This document shows positions 29,236-37,707 of a stretch of DNA of 64,000 nt, in pieces (within the stretch, counting starts at the first letter, position 1; every line of letters starts with the position of its first letter). Origin of the DNA: Candidatus Dormiibacterota bacterium (lineage in GTDB: Bacteria; Chloroflexota; Dormibacteria; Dormibacterales; Dormibacteraceae); assembly GCA_036390875.1 (NCBI GenBank), contig DASWBB010000079.1:5086-69085 (forward strand), read 5' to 3'. The translations under genes and the position numbers were made by a program. Below the pieces are notes generated by a model. It saw only the letters and a program-made list of their open reading frames with translations, was not told the origin of the DNA and did no database searches.

Positions 29236-30092
29236 CGCGGCACGGCCGCCGGCCGGAGGAGACGACGCTGACCGTGTGGCAGGTCGTCGAGCTTGCGCGC
29301 CACGCCAACCGGCCCTACTCGCTCGACTACATCCGCCGGCTCGCCCCCGACTTCATCGAGCTGCACGGCGACCGCCTCTCCGCTGACGACCCCGCGCTGG
29401 TCGCGGGTGTGGGCACGTGGCACGGCCGCACGACCATGTTCCTCGGCCATCAAAAGGGGCGCAGCCTGAAAGAGAGGGTGGCCAGGAACTGGGGGATGAT
29501 GCACCCCGAGGGCTACCGCAAGGCGCTGCGGCTCGCGCATCACGCCGCCAAGTTCGGTTTCCCGATCGTCTCCTTGATCGACACGCCGGGGGCTTACCCG
29601 GGTGCCGCCGCCGAGGAGCGCGGCATCGCGGCCGCGATCGCGAAAGCGATCATGGAGTGGTTCCGAGTGGGCGTGCCGATCGTCGCGGCTGTGATCGGCG
29701 AAGGCGGCAGCGGAGGCGCGCTCGGCATGGGCGTCGCCGATCGCGTGATCATGCTCGAGAACTCGATCTATTCGGTGGCTTCACCCGAAGCCGCGGCATC
29801 CATCGTCTGGCGAGACAACTCTCGCAAGGTCGAGGCGGCCGAGCAGCTGCAGCTCACATCGCGCGACCTGCTGGCGATGGGTGTGGTCGAGGAGGTCGTT
29901 CCCGAGCCGGAGGGCGGCGCTCAGCTCGACTACGACGCTGCGGCGCAGGCGCTCGACCGGGCTCTGCACCGGCACATGCAACCGCTGCTGGCGCAGCCGG
30001 CGGCCGAGCTCCTGCAGCACCGTTACGAGCGGTTCCGCTACATCGACTCGCTCGTCCACGCGGAACCGCACTTCGGCCCCAAGATCGACTAG
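29232..30092 (+). CDS. accA: acetyl-CoA carboxylase carboxyltransferase alpha subunit
   Basis: The ATG overlaps the accD stop (ATGA). Motifs FIELHGDR, IDTPGAYPG, AEERG and VIGEGGSGGALG. Confidence 0.9.
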   Translation: MTRHGRRPEETTLTVWQVVELARHANRPYSLDYIRRLAPDFIELHGDRLSADDPALVAGVGTWHGRTTMFLGHQKGRSLKERVARNWGMMHPEGYRKALRLAHHAAKFGFPIVSLIDTPGAYPGAAAEERGIAAAIAKAIMEWFRVGVPIVAAVIGEGGSGGALGMGVADRVIMLENSIYSVASPEAAASIVWRDNSRKVEAAEQLQLTSRDLLAMGVVEEVVPEPEGGAQLDYDAAAQALDRALHRHMQPLLAQPAAELLQHRYERFRYIDSLVHAEPHFGPKID

Positions 30093-30128
30093 GTGGTCCG
30101 ACCAGGAAGCCACTCGCCAATTCATCGG

Positions 30129-30258
30129 CCTAGTCGGCCGGGCGCATTAGGCGCTGAAGCCGTCGTCGCCTCCTGCGCGCGCTCGGTCACGCATCTACGC
30201 GATGCGCTCCCTCACGTGCTCGTCGGCTCCTTGGCTCCGGCCGCCGAGGCCGCGCCTT
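30129..30258 (+). repeat. interspersed intergenic repeat, copy B
   Basis: Colinear sequence blocks shared with 7701-7876 (see copy A). Lies between accA and dtd. Confidence 0.6.
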
Positions 30259-30291
30259 GGCGAGCTTGTTCCCGGCCAGACCACTAAGCGC

Positions 30292-30759
30292 TTGAGGATC
30301 GTCGCTCAGCGCGTCGCCTCCGGGTCCGTGACCTGGGATGACTCGGGTACGTCACAGTCTGCAACCATCGGGCCCGGCTTCGTGTTGTTGGTGGGCGCGG
30401 GGTCAGATGACGATGAATCCACGGTCCGCCGGCTCGCGGACAAGGTCGTGGACATGCGTGTCTTCGCTGATGAGGCGGGCAGGATGAACCTGAGCATCGA
30501 GGACGTCAAGGGCTCGGCCCTGATCGTGTCGCAGTTCACGCTTTTCGCGGATCTCAGCCGCGGCCGCAGGCCGAGCCTGCTGAAGGCGGGCGATCCGAAG
30601 CGTGCCGAGGAGCTGTACCTCGCGTTGGTACAGAGATTTCAGGAGCGCGGAATAGAGACGAAAACCGGAAGCTTTGGAGCAGTCATGCGCGTGAGCATCG
30701 AAAACGATGGCCCCGTCACGCTCGTGCTGTCGACAGACGACTGGCCGACCCGTGTCTGA
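30292..30759 (+). CDS. dtd: D-aminoacyl-tRNA deacylase
   Basis: A TTG start gives (M)RIVAQRV..., matching the canonical Dtd N-terminus. SQFTL and NDGPVT motifs are present. The upstream part of the ORF lies inside the repeat element and is not conserved-looking. Confidence 0.85.
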   Translation: MRIVAQRVASGSVTWDDSGTSQSATIGPGFVLLVGAGSDDDESTVRRLADKVVDMRVFADEAGRMNLSIEDVKGSALIVSQFTLFADLSRGRRPSLLKAGDPKRAEELYLALVQRFQERGIETKTGSFGAVMRVSIENDGPVTLVLSTDDWPTRV

Positions 30760-31681
30760 GAACCGACGGCGGCTGTTGCCCTATCTGGCTCTCGTAGGGC
30801 TGGCACTGATCTGGGGTGTCTCGTTCCTCTTCATCAAAGTAGCGGTCCATGACATGAGCCCGATGGTCCTGGTGCTCATTCGATCGTTCTCCGGCTGCGT
30901 CGCACTCGGCTTGATCGTGCGGGCCATGGGCCGACCACTCTTCGGCGAAGGCTGGAAGGGGCGCCTGATTCCATTCGCGATCCTGGCCTTCACAGGCGGC
31001 GTGTTGCCGTGGGCCGCCATCGCCTGGGGCGAGGAGCGGATCTCGAGCGGCCTGGCCAGCATCCTGAACTCGACGACGCCGTTCTGGGCGGCGGTGCTCA
31101 TCTTCTGGGTCATACCGAGCGAGCGCCCGAGCGTACTGAATTACGCCGGGGTTCTCCTCGGCCTCGCGGGCGTCGTCATCCTGGTCGTGCCGGACATTTC
31201 GACACACGGCCTCGGGGGCAACGTGTTCGGCGCTTTCGCGGTCGTGCTGGCGTCGCTGTCCTACGCGGTGAGCGCGCTCTATCAGCGGCGGAAGCTTCGT
31301 GGCGTCAGCGTCTTTGAAGTGAGCCTCGGGCAGCTGGCCGCCACCGTCCTGATCGCTCTCCCGCTGGCGGCGCCGACGCTGCCTGGCCTGCACGTCGCCC
31401 TGAAATCCATGGCCGCGGTGGTTGCGCTCGGGGTCGGAGGCTCAGGGATCGCTTACCTTCTCTATTACTACATGATCAACACCATCGGTCCGGTGCGTGC
31501 TACCGGAGTGACCCTGCTCGTACCGGTCACAGCTGTGTTCTGGGGCGTGGTTCTCCTTCAGGAACGGCTTACCCTTCCCGTCATCGTCGGCATGGCCGTC
31601 ATCCTGGTGGGCATCGTGCTCACCAACCTGCGAACCTCCAGGCGGCGCCAGGTTTCCGAGCCAGAACCGGCCGTCGCGTGA
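30752..31681 (+). CDS. DMT-superfamily (EamA-like) transporter
   Basis: 10-TM protein with two EamA-like halves. A GTG start overlaps the dtd end. Confidence 0.8.
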   Translation: MSENRRRLLPYLALVGLALIWGVSFLFIKVAVHDMSPMVLVLIRSFSGCVALGLIVRAMGRPLFGEGWKGRLIPFAILAFTGGVLPWAAIAWGEERISSGLASILNSTTPFWAAVLIFWVIPSERPSVLNYAGVLLGLAGVVILVVPDISTHGLGGNVFGAFAVVLASLSYAVSALYQRRKLRGVSVFEVSLGQLAATVLIALPLAAPTLPGLHVALKSMAAVVALGVGGSGIAYLLYYYMINTIGPVRATGVTLLVPVTAVFWGVVLLQERLTLPVIVGMAVILVGIVLTNLRTSRRRQVSEPEPAVA

Positions 31682-32640
31682 GCGGATTCCTGGACGAGCA
31701 CGCGTCCGGCGTGCGCGGTGCCGCCGCGCGCATCCATCCTCATGTGCGCCGCACGCCGGCGCTCCGGACCGACCTGGATCCCGACCTGCGACTGAAGGCG
31801 GAGTGCTTTCAGGTCACCGGCTCGTTCAAGCCCCGCGGCGCGTTCAACGCCGTGCTCTCACTGATTGAGCGCGGTCCGCGACCGAAGGGCTTCATCGCAG
31901 TGAGCTCCGGCAACCATGCGCAGGCGGTGGCGCTGGCCGCTCGCACGGTCGGCCTGCCCGCGCTCATCCTCATCCCCGAAGACGCCAACCCCGCCAAGGT
32001 CGCGGCGACGCGCGCGCTGGGCGCGGAGGTGATCCAGGACGGCATCACGTTCGCGAATCGGGAGCAGCGCCTACGCGAGGTCATGGCCGAGAGGCAGCTG
32101 ACGCTCGTTCACCCGTTCGACGACTGGGACGTCATCCATGGGCAGGGCACGTCGGCGCTCGAGCTGCTCGAGGACGAGCCTGAACTCGAGGTGATCGCGG
32201 CCCCGGTCGGGGGTGGCGGCATGGTGTCGGGCACCGCGATCGCCGCCAAGAGGCACAGCGCTTCGGTCTGGGTGGTCGGCGTCGAGCCTGAAGCGGCCGA
32301 CGACGCGTACCGCAGCTGGAAAGCGGGCAGCATTCAGAAGCTGGACCGCTCCCCGTCGACGCTCGCCGATGGCGTGCGCACCACCGCGATTGGCACGCGC
32401 AATTTCGAGGTGATGTTTGAACAGGGGCTGGTCGATGAGATCGTCACGGTCAGCGAAGCGGAAATTGCCTCGGCGGTGGCCCTGGCGTGGATCCGGCTGC
32501 ACCTTGCGCTGGAACCGACGGGGGCGCTGCCCCTGGCGGCCTACGCCTCGGGAAAGCTGCGCGCGGGCCGCACCGGCCTGATTCTCACCGGTGGCAACGC
32601 CAACCTCGAAACGGTGGCTACACTGCTCACCCAACCATGA
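31678..32640 (+). CDS. PLP-dependent serine/threonine dehydratase / racemase-family enzyme (short form, no ACT domain)
   Basis: PLP-lysine motif TGSFKPRGA, SSGNHAQ, and glycine loop PVGGGGM. GTGA overlap with the upstream gene. Confidence 0.85.
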   Translation: MSGFLDEHASGVRGAAARIHPHVRRTPALRTDLDPDLRLKAECFQVTGSFKPRGAFNAVLSLIERGPRPKGFIAVSSGNHAQAVALAARTVGLPALILIPEDANPAKVAATRALGAEVIQDGITFANREQRLREVMAERQLTLVHPFDDWDVIHGQGTSALELLEDEPELEVIAAPVGGGGMVSGTAIAAKRHSASVWVVGVEPEAADDAYRSWKAGSIQKLDRSPSTLADGVRTTAIGTRNFEVMFEQGLVDEIVTVSEAEIASAVALAWIRLHLALEPTGALPLAAYASGKLRAGRTGLILTGGNANLETVATLLTQP

Positions 32641-33104
32641 TCCCGGTCAAAGACGTGATGACGCGAAACGTGATCAGCTTCCGCGAGGACACGCCTCTGG
32701 AGGAGATCGCCACGACGCTGGCGTCCAAGCGCATCACGGGCGCGCCGGTCATAGGAAGCGACGGGCACGTGACCGGCATCGTCTCCGAGATCGACGTCTT
32801 TTCGAAGAAGGGAAAGGTAGCGCGCGACATCATGAGCTCGCACGTCATCACAGTCAGCGAGGACACCGGAATCGACGAGGCGGCGCGGCTCTTGATCGGT
32901 GAGCGCATTCGAAGGGTGCCGGTGATCAAGAATGGAAAGATGGTCGGGCTGCTGAGCCGTTCCGATGTGCTCGACTTCTTCGCGAGCACGCGCTGGACCT
33001 GCAACGTCTGCGGGCGCTGGGAGCGAGGGCTGGAGATGCCGGAGCGCTGTCACTCCTGCTCGAGCACCGACATCCACCTGGAGCGCGCCGATCCTGGCCA
33101 CTGA
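32637..33104 (+). CDS. CBS-pair protein with a C-terminal CxxC...CxxC zinc-ribbon
   Basis: The ATG overlaps the upstream stop. Two CBS repeats (VKDVMTRNVISF..., ARDIMSSHVITV...) are followed by WTCNVCGRWERGLEMPERCHSCSS. Confidence 0.8.
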   Translation: MIPVKDVMTRNVISFREDTPLEEIATTLASKRITGAPVIGSDGHVTGIVSEIDVFSKKGKVARDIMSSHVITVSEDTGIDEAARLLIGERIRRVPVIKNGKMVGLLSRSDVLDFFASTRWTCNVCGRWERGLEMPERCHSCSSTDIHLERADPGH

Positions 33105-33162
33105 CCGATCGGGCCGCCTGTCGCGTAAGGCCCAGAGCTTCACCGAGTCCGTCATTCGCGAG

Positions 33163-34281
33163 ATGACGCGCTTGAATCTCGCGCTCAACGGTCCAGAGCG
33201 CGCCATCAACTTCGCGCAGGGCTTTCCCGACTTCCAGACCGATTCGCGGATCCTCGAGGCGGCGACCGCTGCGCTTCGCGATGGTTACAACCAGTACGCG
33301 ACCACGTGGGGTGCGCCCCAGCTGCGATCGGCGGTCGCACGCAAGCAGTCGGCCGCGTGGGGTCGCGACGTCGACCCCGAGACGGAGATAACAGTGTCGT
33401 GCGGGGCGACCGAAGCCATGATCGCGGCCATGCTCACGGCCGTCGACCCCGGCGACGAGGTCGTCATCTTCGAACCCTTTTACGAGAACTACGGCCCGGA
33501 CTGCATCCTCAGCGGCGCCACGCCGCGCTACGTGACCCTCCGCCCGCCCGACTGGTCGTTCGACCCCGACGAGCTTCGGTCCGCCTTCTCGAAAAAGACT
33601 CGGGCCATCGTGATCAACACTCCCCACAACCCGACCGGCAAGGTTTACTCGCGCTCAGAGCTCGAGCTGATCGCACAGCTGTGCACCGAGCACAACGCGA
33701 TCGCGATCACCGACGAGATTTACGAGCACCTCGTATACGTAGGTCGCCACGTGAGCATCGCCACGCTCGACGGCATGGCGGACCGGACGATCACGATCAG
33801 CGGCGCCAGCAAGACGTTTTCGGTGACCGGCTGGCGTGTGGGCTGGATCATCGCGCCGCCCGACCTCACCGGCGGCATCCGCAAAGTTCATGATTTCCTC
33901 ACCGTCGGTGCCGCCCACCCTCTGCAGATCGCAGTCGCCTCCGCGCTCCAGCTTCCCGCGTCCTTTTATGTGGAGCTGGTCGGCGACTATCGCGAGCGCC
34001 GCGACGCGATCGTGAGCGGCCTGCAGGAATGCGGTTTCGAGGTGACATCGCCGGATGGGGCCTACTACGTGATGGCGGGGATCGCCGGCTTCGGCTTCGA
34101 CGACGATATTGCGATGGCGCGCCACCTCATCGAGCAGGTCGCCGTGGCCACCGTTCCGGCTTCGAGCTTCTATCACGATCCCGAGCGCGGCCGCGGCTAC
34201 CTTCGCTTCAGCTTTCCCAAGCGGCTGGAGACGATCGAGCGAGGCCTTGCGGCGCTGAGCACGCTCGAGCCGAGGCGTTAA
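33163..34281 (+). CDS. class I/II pyridoxal-phosphate aminotransferase
   Basis: INFAQGFPDF, NTPHNPTG, and PLP-lysine SKTFSVTGWRVGW. 33163 is the first ATG after the upstream stop, but homology-like sequence (SRKAQSFTESVIRE) continues upstream. See findings. Confidence 0.85.
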   Translation: MTRLNLALNGPERAINFAQGFPDFQTDSRILEAATAALRDGYNQYATTWGAPQLRSAVARKQSAAWGRDVDPETEITVSCGATEAMIAAMLTAVDPGDEVVIFEPFYENYGPDCILSGATPRYVTLRPPDWSFDPDELRSAFSKKTRAIVINTPHNPTGKVYSRSELELIAQLCTEHNAIAITDEIYEHLVYVGRHVSIATLDGMADRTITISGASKTFSVTGWRVGWIIAPPDLTGGIRKVHDFLTVGAAHPLQIAVASALQLPASFYVELVGDYRERRDAIVSGLQECGFEVTSPDGAYYVMAGIAGFGFDDDIAMARHLIEQVAVATVPASSFYHDPERGRGYLRFSFPKRLETIERGLAALSTLEPRR

Positions 34282-34325
34282 CAGGCAGGGTTCTCACCTG
34301 TCGCCGGCAGATCTAAGTTGGCCGC

Positions 34326-34730
34326 ATGCGCAGGCTGCTCCGGGCGCCGCTGTTGTGGATGGTCCTGGCCGAGATCGCCGTCGTCGGCGCGTTGATCCTG
34401 GTGGCGTGGCATGCGATCGCGGGCGCGCCCGCCTCGGGCGTGCCCGGTCCGTTCACGTTCCCGTTCCCCCCGGCGTCCGCGTCTCCGGCCGATGCCGCCC
34501 CGCCCGCCGTAGGTGTGCCGGTCGTGGATACCAACACGCGTGGTCCGGCGCCCGGGCTCAACGTCGGGATCGACTTCTGGCGCGCGCGGCTCGGAAGTCT
34601 CAACCGCGACCAGGCGGAATTCGAGGCGGTGGAATGGAAGCTCACCCACGCGGTCATGGACGCTGCTCGCGACTACCTGGAGACGGTCGTGCTCCCGGCC
34701 GTCAAGGGCGCCGAAGGAGGCGGAGCCTAG
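34326..34730 (+). CDS. hypothetical membrane-anchored protein
   Basis: 134 aa with an N-terminal TM (LLWMVLAEIAVVGALILVAW), a Pro/Ala-rich linker and a helical C-terminus. Codon third positions are strongly G/C, like neighbouring genes. Confidence 0.55.
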   Translation: MRRLLRAPLLWMVLAEIAVVGALILVAWHAIAGAPASGVPGPFTFPFPPASASPADAAPPAVGVPVVDTNTRGPAPGLNVGIDFWRARLGSLNRDQAEFEAVEWKLTHAVMDAARDYLETVVLPAVKGAEGGGA

Positions 34731-34743
34731 ACGCCGCCTGGGA

Positions 34744-35130
34744 CTACTTCTGCTCCGGGGCCATGGTGACGTTGCCGTTGAGCGTCGCCCCGTCCTCGAC
34801 CGTGAGCCTTGCGACCTTCACGTCGCCGTTGAGGCGCCCGGAACCGCCGAGCGTCAGGCGGCGGCGCGCCGTCACGTTGCCGTTGACCTGGCCGCGGACG
34901 CTCACGTTGGAGCCTTCGATCGTGGCCTGGATGTTGGCGGTGCTGTCCACCGTCACGTCGCCGCTGGCCTTCAGCTCACCCTCGACGTTGCCCTGGACCT
35001 TGAGGTCCCCCTGGATGTCGAGGCGTCCGTGCAGGCTGTCGCGCGGGCCGAGGTTGACGAGGTTGGTGCCACCGTTCGGGGTGGTCGCCGGTGCGGATTT
35101 TTCAGCTTGGGCCATTTGGGCGTCCTCCAC
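34744..35130 (-). CDS. bactofilin-family cytoskeletal protein
   Basis: Repetitive beta-helix pattern (G.L.I.G.V.G.V) across about 100 aa: LDIQGDLKVQGNVEGELKASGDVTVD...GRLNGDVKVARLTVEDGATLNGNV. GGAGG upstream of the start. Confidence 0.85.
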   Translation of the reverse strand: MEDAQMAQAEKSAPATTPNGGTNLVNLGPRDSLHGRLDIQGDLKVQGNVEGELKASGDVTVDSTANIQATIEGSNVSVRGQVNGNVTARRRLTLGGSGRLNGDVKVARLTVEDGATLNGNVTMAPEQK

Positions 35131-35314
35131 TGGGTTGATCGAGCCTTTCCCTAGTTCTGCTCAACTCCGACGGTCAACTGGACTTGCGTATAGACGCGTA
35201 TCTCGGAAGAGTTGGGAATTAGACGAGCTAGCATCGTAACAAAGTGGTCGGCGGTCCAAAGGCAAGGGAGGCAACCGGGATTCCGGCGTTCGTGGAAGCC
35301 CTGGGCATAGAGCG

Positions 35315-36163
35315 ATGGCGCTGATGGATCCAGACGCGTCCGACGAGATGACCGACCACCTGGTCGATTTCTTCGACCAGGTCGCCCCCGTATACGACAG
35401 CTGGGCCGGCGGCCAGCACGGCCGGATCGCTGTCAGGCTCGTCGAGCTGGTCAAACCCAAGAAGGGGCAGCATGCCCTCGATGTCGGGACCGGCACCGGC
35501 CTGGTCGCTCACCTGGTGGCGGCCAAGGTGAGCCCCGGCACGGTGATCGGCATCGACCTGTCGGATCGCATGCTCTCGATCGCGCGTTCGAGGCAGAGCA
35601 AGAACACACAGTTCCTGGGCATGGCCGCGGAACGCCTGGTCTTCAGGCCGGAGACGTTCGATCTGGTGACGATGGGCGACACGCTCGCGTACCTTTCCGA
35701 CCCGGGCGACGGGTTGAGCGAGGCGCATCGTGTCCTCAAGGCCGGCGGCCGGCTGGCGGTTTCATGCCAGCGGCGCAGTCTCTCCACCCGGGCCCAGGAC
35801 CTGTTCTTCCAGGGCCTGGCCCCCCTTGCGCGGAGGCATTACCTGAGCCTTCCGCGGTACAGCTCGGAACGCGGCCGCTTTGGTGAGCCCGACGTCCTGC
35901 CGCAGCTTCTGGACTCGGCAGGCTTCAAGGTCGACACGATGACCGAGATGGTCATGGGCGGACGCGCCCAGAACGCGCGCGAGTGGACGGACATGATGGC
36001 CGGCGCCGGGCCGTTGCCGTACACCCTGATCAAAGCCCTTGGTCCGCGTTACCGGATGGAGCTCGAGGCCGAGGTCGAAGCGGCGATGGACAGCCTGGGC
36101 GACCCCGACGACGCGTTTCGCTACCACCATTCATATCTGATGGCGGTGGCGACCAAGCGCTGA
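35315..36163 (+). CDS. class I SAM-dependent methyltransferase
   Basis: Motif I ALDVGTGTGLVA and post-I/II acidic residues. Confidence 0.8.
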   Translation: MALMDPDASDEMTDHLVDFFDQVAPVYDSWAGGQHGRIAVRLVELVKPKKGQHALDVGTGTGLVAHLVAAKVSPGTVIGIDLSDRMLSIARSRQSKNTQFLGMAAERLVFRPETFDLVTMGDTLAYLSDPGDGLSEAHRVLKAGGRLAVSCQRRSLSTRAQDLFFQGLAPLARRHYLSLPRYSSERGRFGEPDVLPQLLDSAGFKVDTMTEMVMGGRAQNAREWTDMMAGAGPLPYTLIKALGPRYRMELEAEVEAAMDSLGDPDDAFRYHHSYLMAVATKR

Positions 36164-37651
36164 GGGGTTGCGGTCAGCGGCCTGAGCCGGCGCTTGCATT
36201 CGACCGATGGTCAAACCGGCGACCAGCGCCGCCAGGAGGCAAAGGCCGGCCGCCACCGCGAATATCTCGCGGTACTCCTGAAGAAAGGCGGCCCCCACCA
36301 ACCGTTCCAGCTCATCCACCTGGGCGCGGACGTCCCCGCTGAGCTTGGGAGTGCCGAGGATCTGTCGAAAGCGGTACAGGCCGTAGGCCGTGAGGGCGGC
36401 GAGGCCGATGAGCATCCCGACCGTCCTCGAAAGGACCACCAGGCTCGAGGCCAGGCCGTGGTGTTCCGCGCGGGTCAGGTCGAGGACCCTGGCCGCAAGC
36501 GGCGCGATGACGACCCCAAAACCGAGTCCGCATACGCCGAGGGCGACGGCCGCCACCGGCAGCGGGCCGAATCGCAGGTCGAGCTCGTCAGCCTGCCAGC
36601 CCGCCATCTGCGCGAAAGCGGCTGCGGCCAGGACCATCCCCGCGACCGCGGTGGCGCGCGCGCCGATCCGCTGCGCGAGCAAGCCTCCGATCAGCGCGCC
36701 GACGGGAACGCCGATCAGGAAGCGGGAAAGCAGGACGCCCGAGCCCAGCTGGTCGAGCTTGAAGACGAGCCGGCCCAAGAGCGGGACGTCGACGAGCGCG
36801 ACCATCAGCGCTACGCCGATCAACAGGTTGGCCAGAGTCGCGCCGATGAAGGGACGGCTGCGAAGAAGTCGGTTCGGAATGAGCGGCTCGAGGCGTGTTG
36901 CCTGCCGCCTGGCATAGAGACCGAGGACGATCAGGCTCAGCGCGCCGGCGGGAAGGAGCAAACCGCTGGTGGCGCGGGTGTTGGGATCATCCGGATACAG
37001 CGCAACCACGAGAAGCCCGAGGCCCAAGCCCAGAAGCGCCGCGCCGACCCAGTCGAGCGAAATGGCCGCGGATGCGTCGAGCTTGCTCTGCTTGCGGCTT
37101 CCCAACAGGAGTCCCCCCGCGCAGAGCGCGGCGAGCGGGAGGTTCAGCCAGAAAACAAAGCGCCAGCCACCGATCGTGGCCGCAGCCGCCGCGAGCGTCG
37201 CGCCGTACAGGGGTCCGAACACGCTGCCCGCCTCCTGCATTGCGGCCACAGCGCCCAGCGCCATCGTCCGGCGCCCGTCCACATAAAGGTCGGCGGCAAG
37301 CGCGAGGGAGAGTGGGACCAGTCCGCCCCCACCCAGGCCCTGGAGGAAACGGCCCGCCACGAGCCAGGGGAGCCCCGCGAACGTCCACAGGCCCGCGGTC
37401 GCGGTGATTGCAGAGCCGGCGGCGAAAATCACCAGGCAGACGGCGTAAACGGGCGCTCGCCCGCGTACGTCCGAATAGGCGCCCAGAAGAGGCATCGCCA
37501 CGATGTAGCCGCCCAGGAAGCCGGTGACGATCGGGGTGGCCTGCTCGAAGCGGTCGATGGTCAGGCCGACGTCCGCGACCATGGCGGGCAGGATCGTCAC
37601 GACGACATAGGCGTCGAGGGCGGTGATGAAGAGGCCGGCCCCGGCGATCAC
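36131..37651 (-). CDS. MFS transporter, DHA2-like (14-TM drug/H+ antiporter type)
   Basis: 506 aa, about 14 TM segments, N-terminal LFITALDAYVVVTILP motif typical of the EmrB/QacA (DHA2) family. Confidence 0.85.
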   Translation of the reverse strand: MIAGAGLFITALDAYVVVTILPAMVADVGLTIDRFEQATPIVTGFLGGYIVAMPLLGAYSDVRGRAPVYAVCLVIFAAGSAITATAGLWTFAGLPWLVAGRFLQGLGGGGLVPLSLALAADLYVDGRRTMALGAVAAMQEAGSVFGPLYGATLAAAAATIGGWRFVFWLNLPLAALCAGGLLLGSRKQSKLDASAAISLDWVGAALLGLGLGLLVVALYPDDPNTRATSGLLLPAGALSLIVLGLYARRQATRLEPLIPNRLLRSRPFIGATLANLLIGVALMVALVDVPLLGRLVFKLDQLGSGVLLSRFLIGVPVGALIGGLLAQRIGARATAVAGMVLAAAAFAQMAGWQADELDLRFGPLPVAAVALGVCGLGFGVVIAPLAARVLDLTRAEHHGLASSLVVLSRTVGMLIGLAALTAYGLYRFRQILGTPKLSGDVRAQVDELERLVGAAFLQEYREIFAVAAGLCLLAALVAGLTIGRMQAPAQAADRNPSALGRHRHQI

Positions 37652-37707
37652 CAGGAGGAGGGGGCGGTTGGTGGGCGGCGCGGGGTCCGAAATTGCCGGC
37701 GCCGTGG

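Noticed and set aside
30301-30330. Extension of repeat copy B into dtd via the shared cctccgggtccg string
   Set aside because: A short 12-nt match inside a coding region, separated from the colinear blocks by non-homologous sequence. Treated as coincidence.
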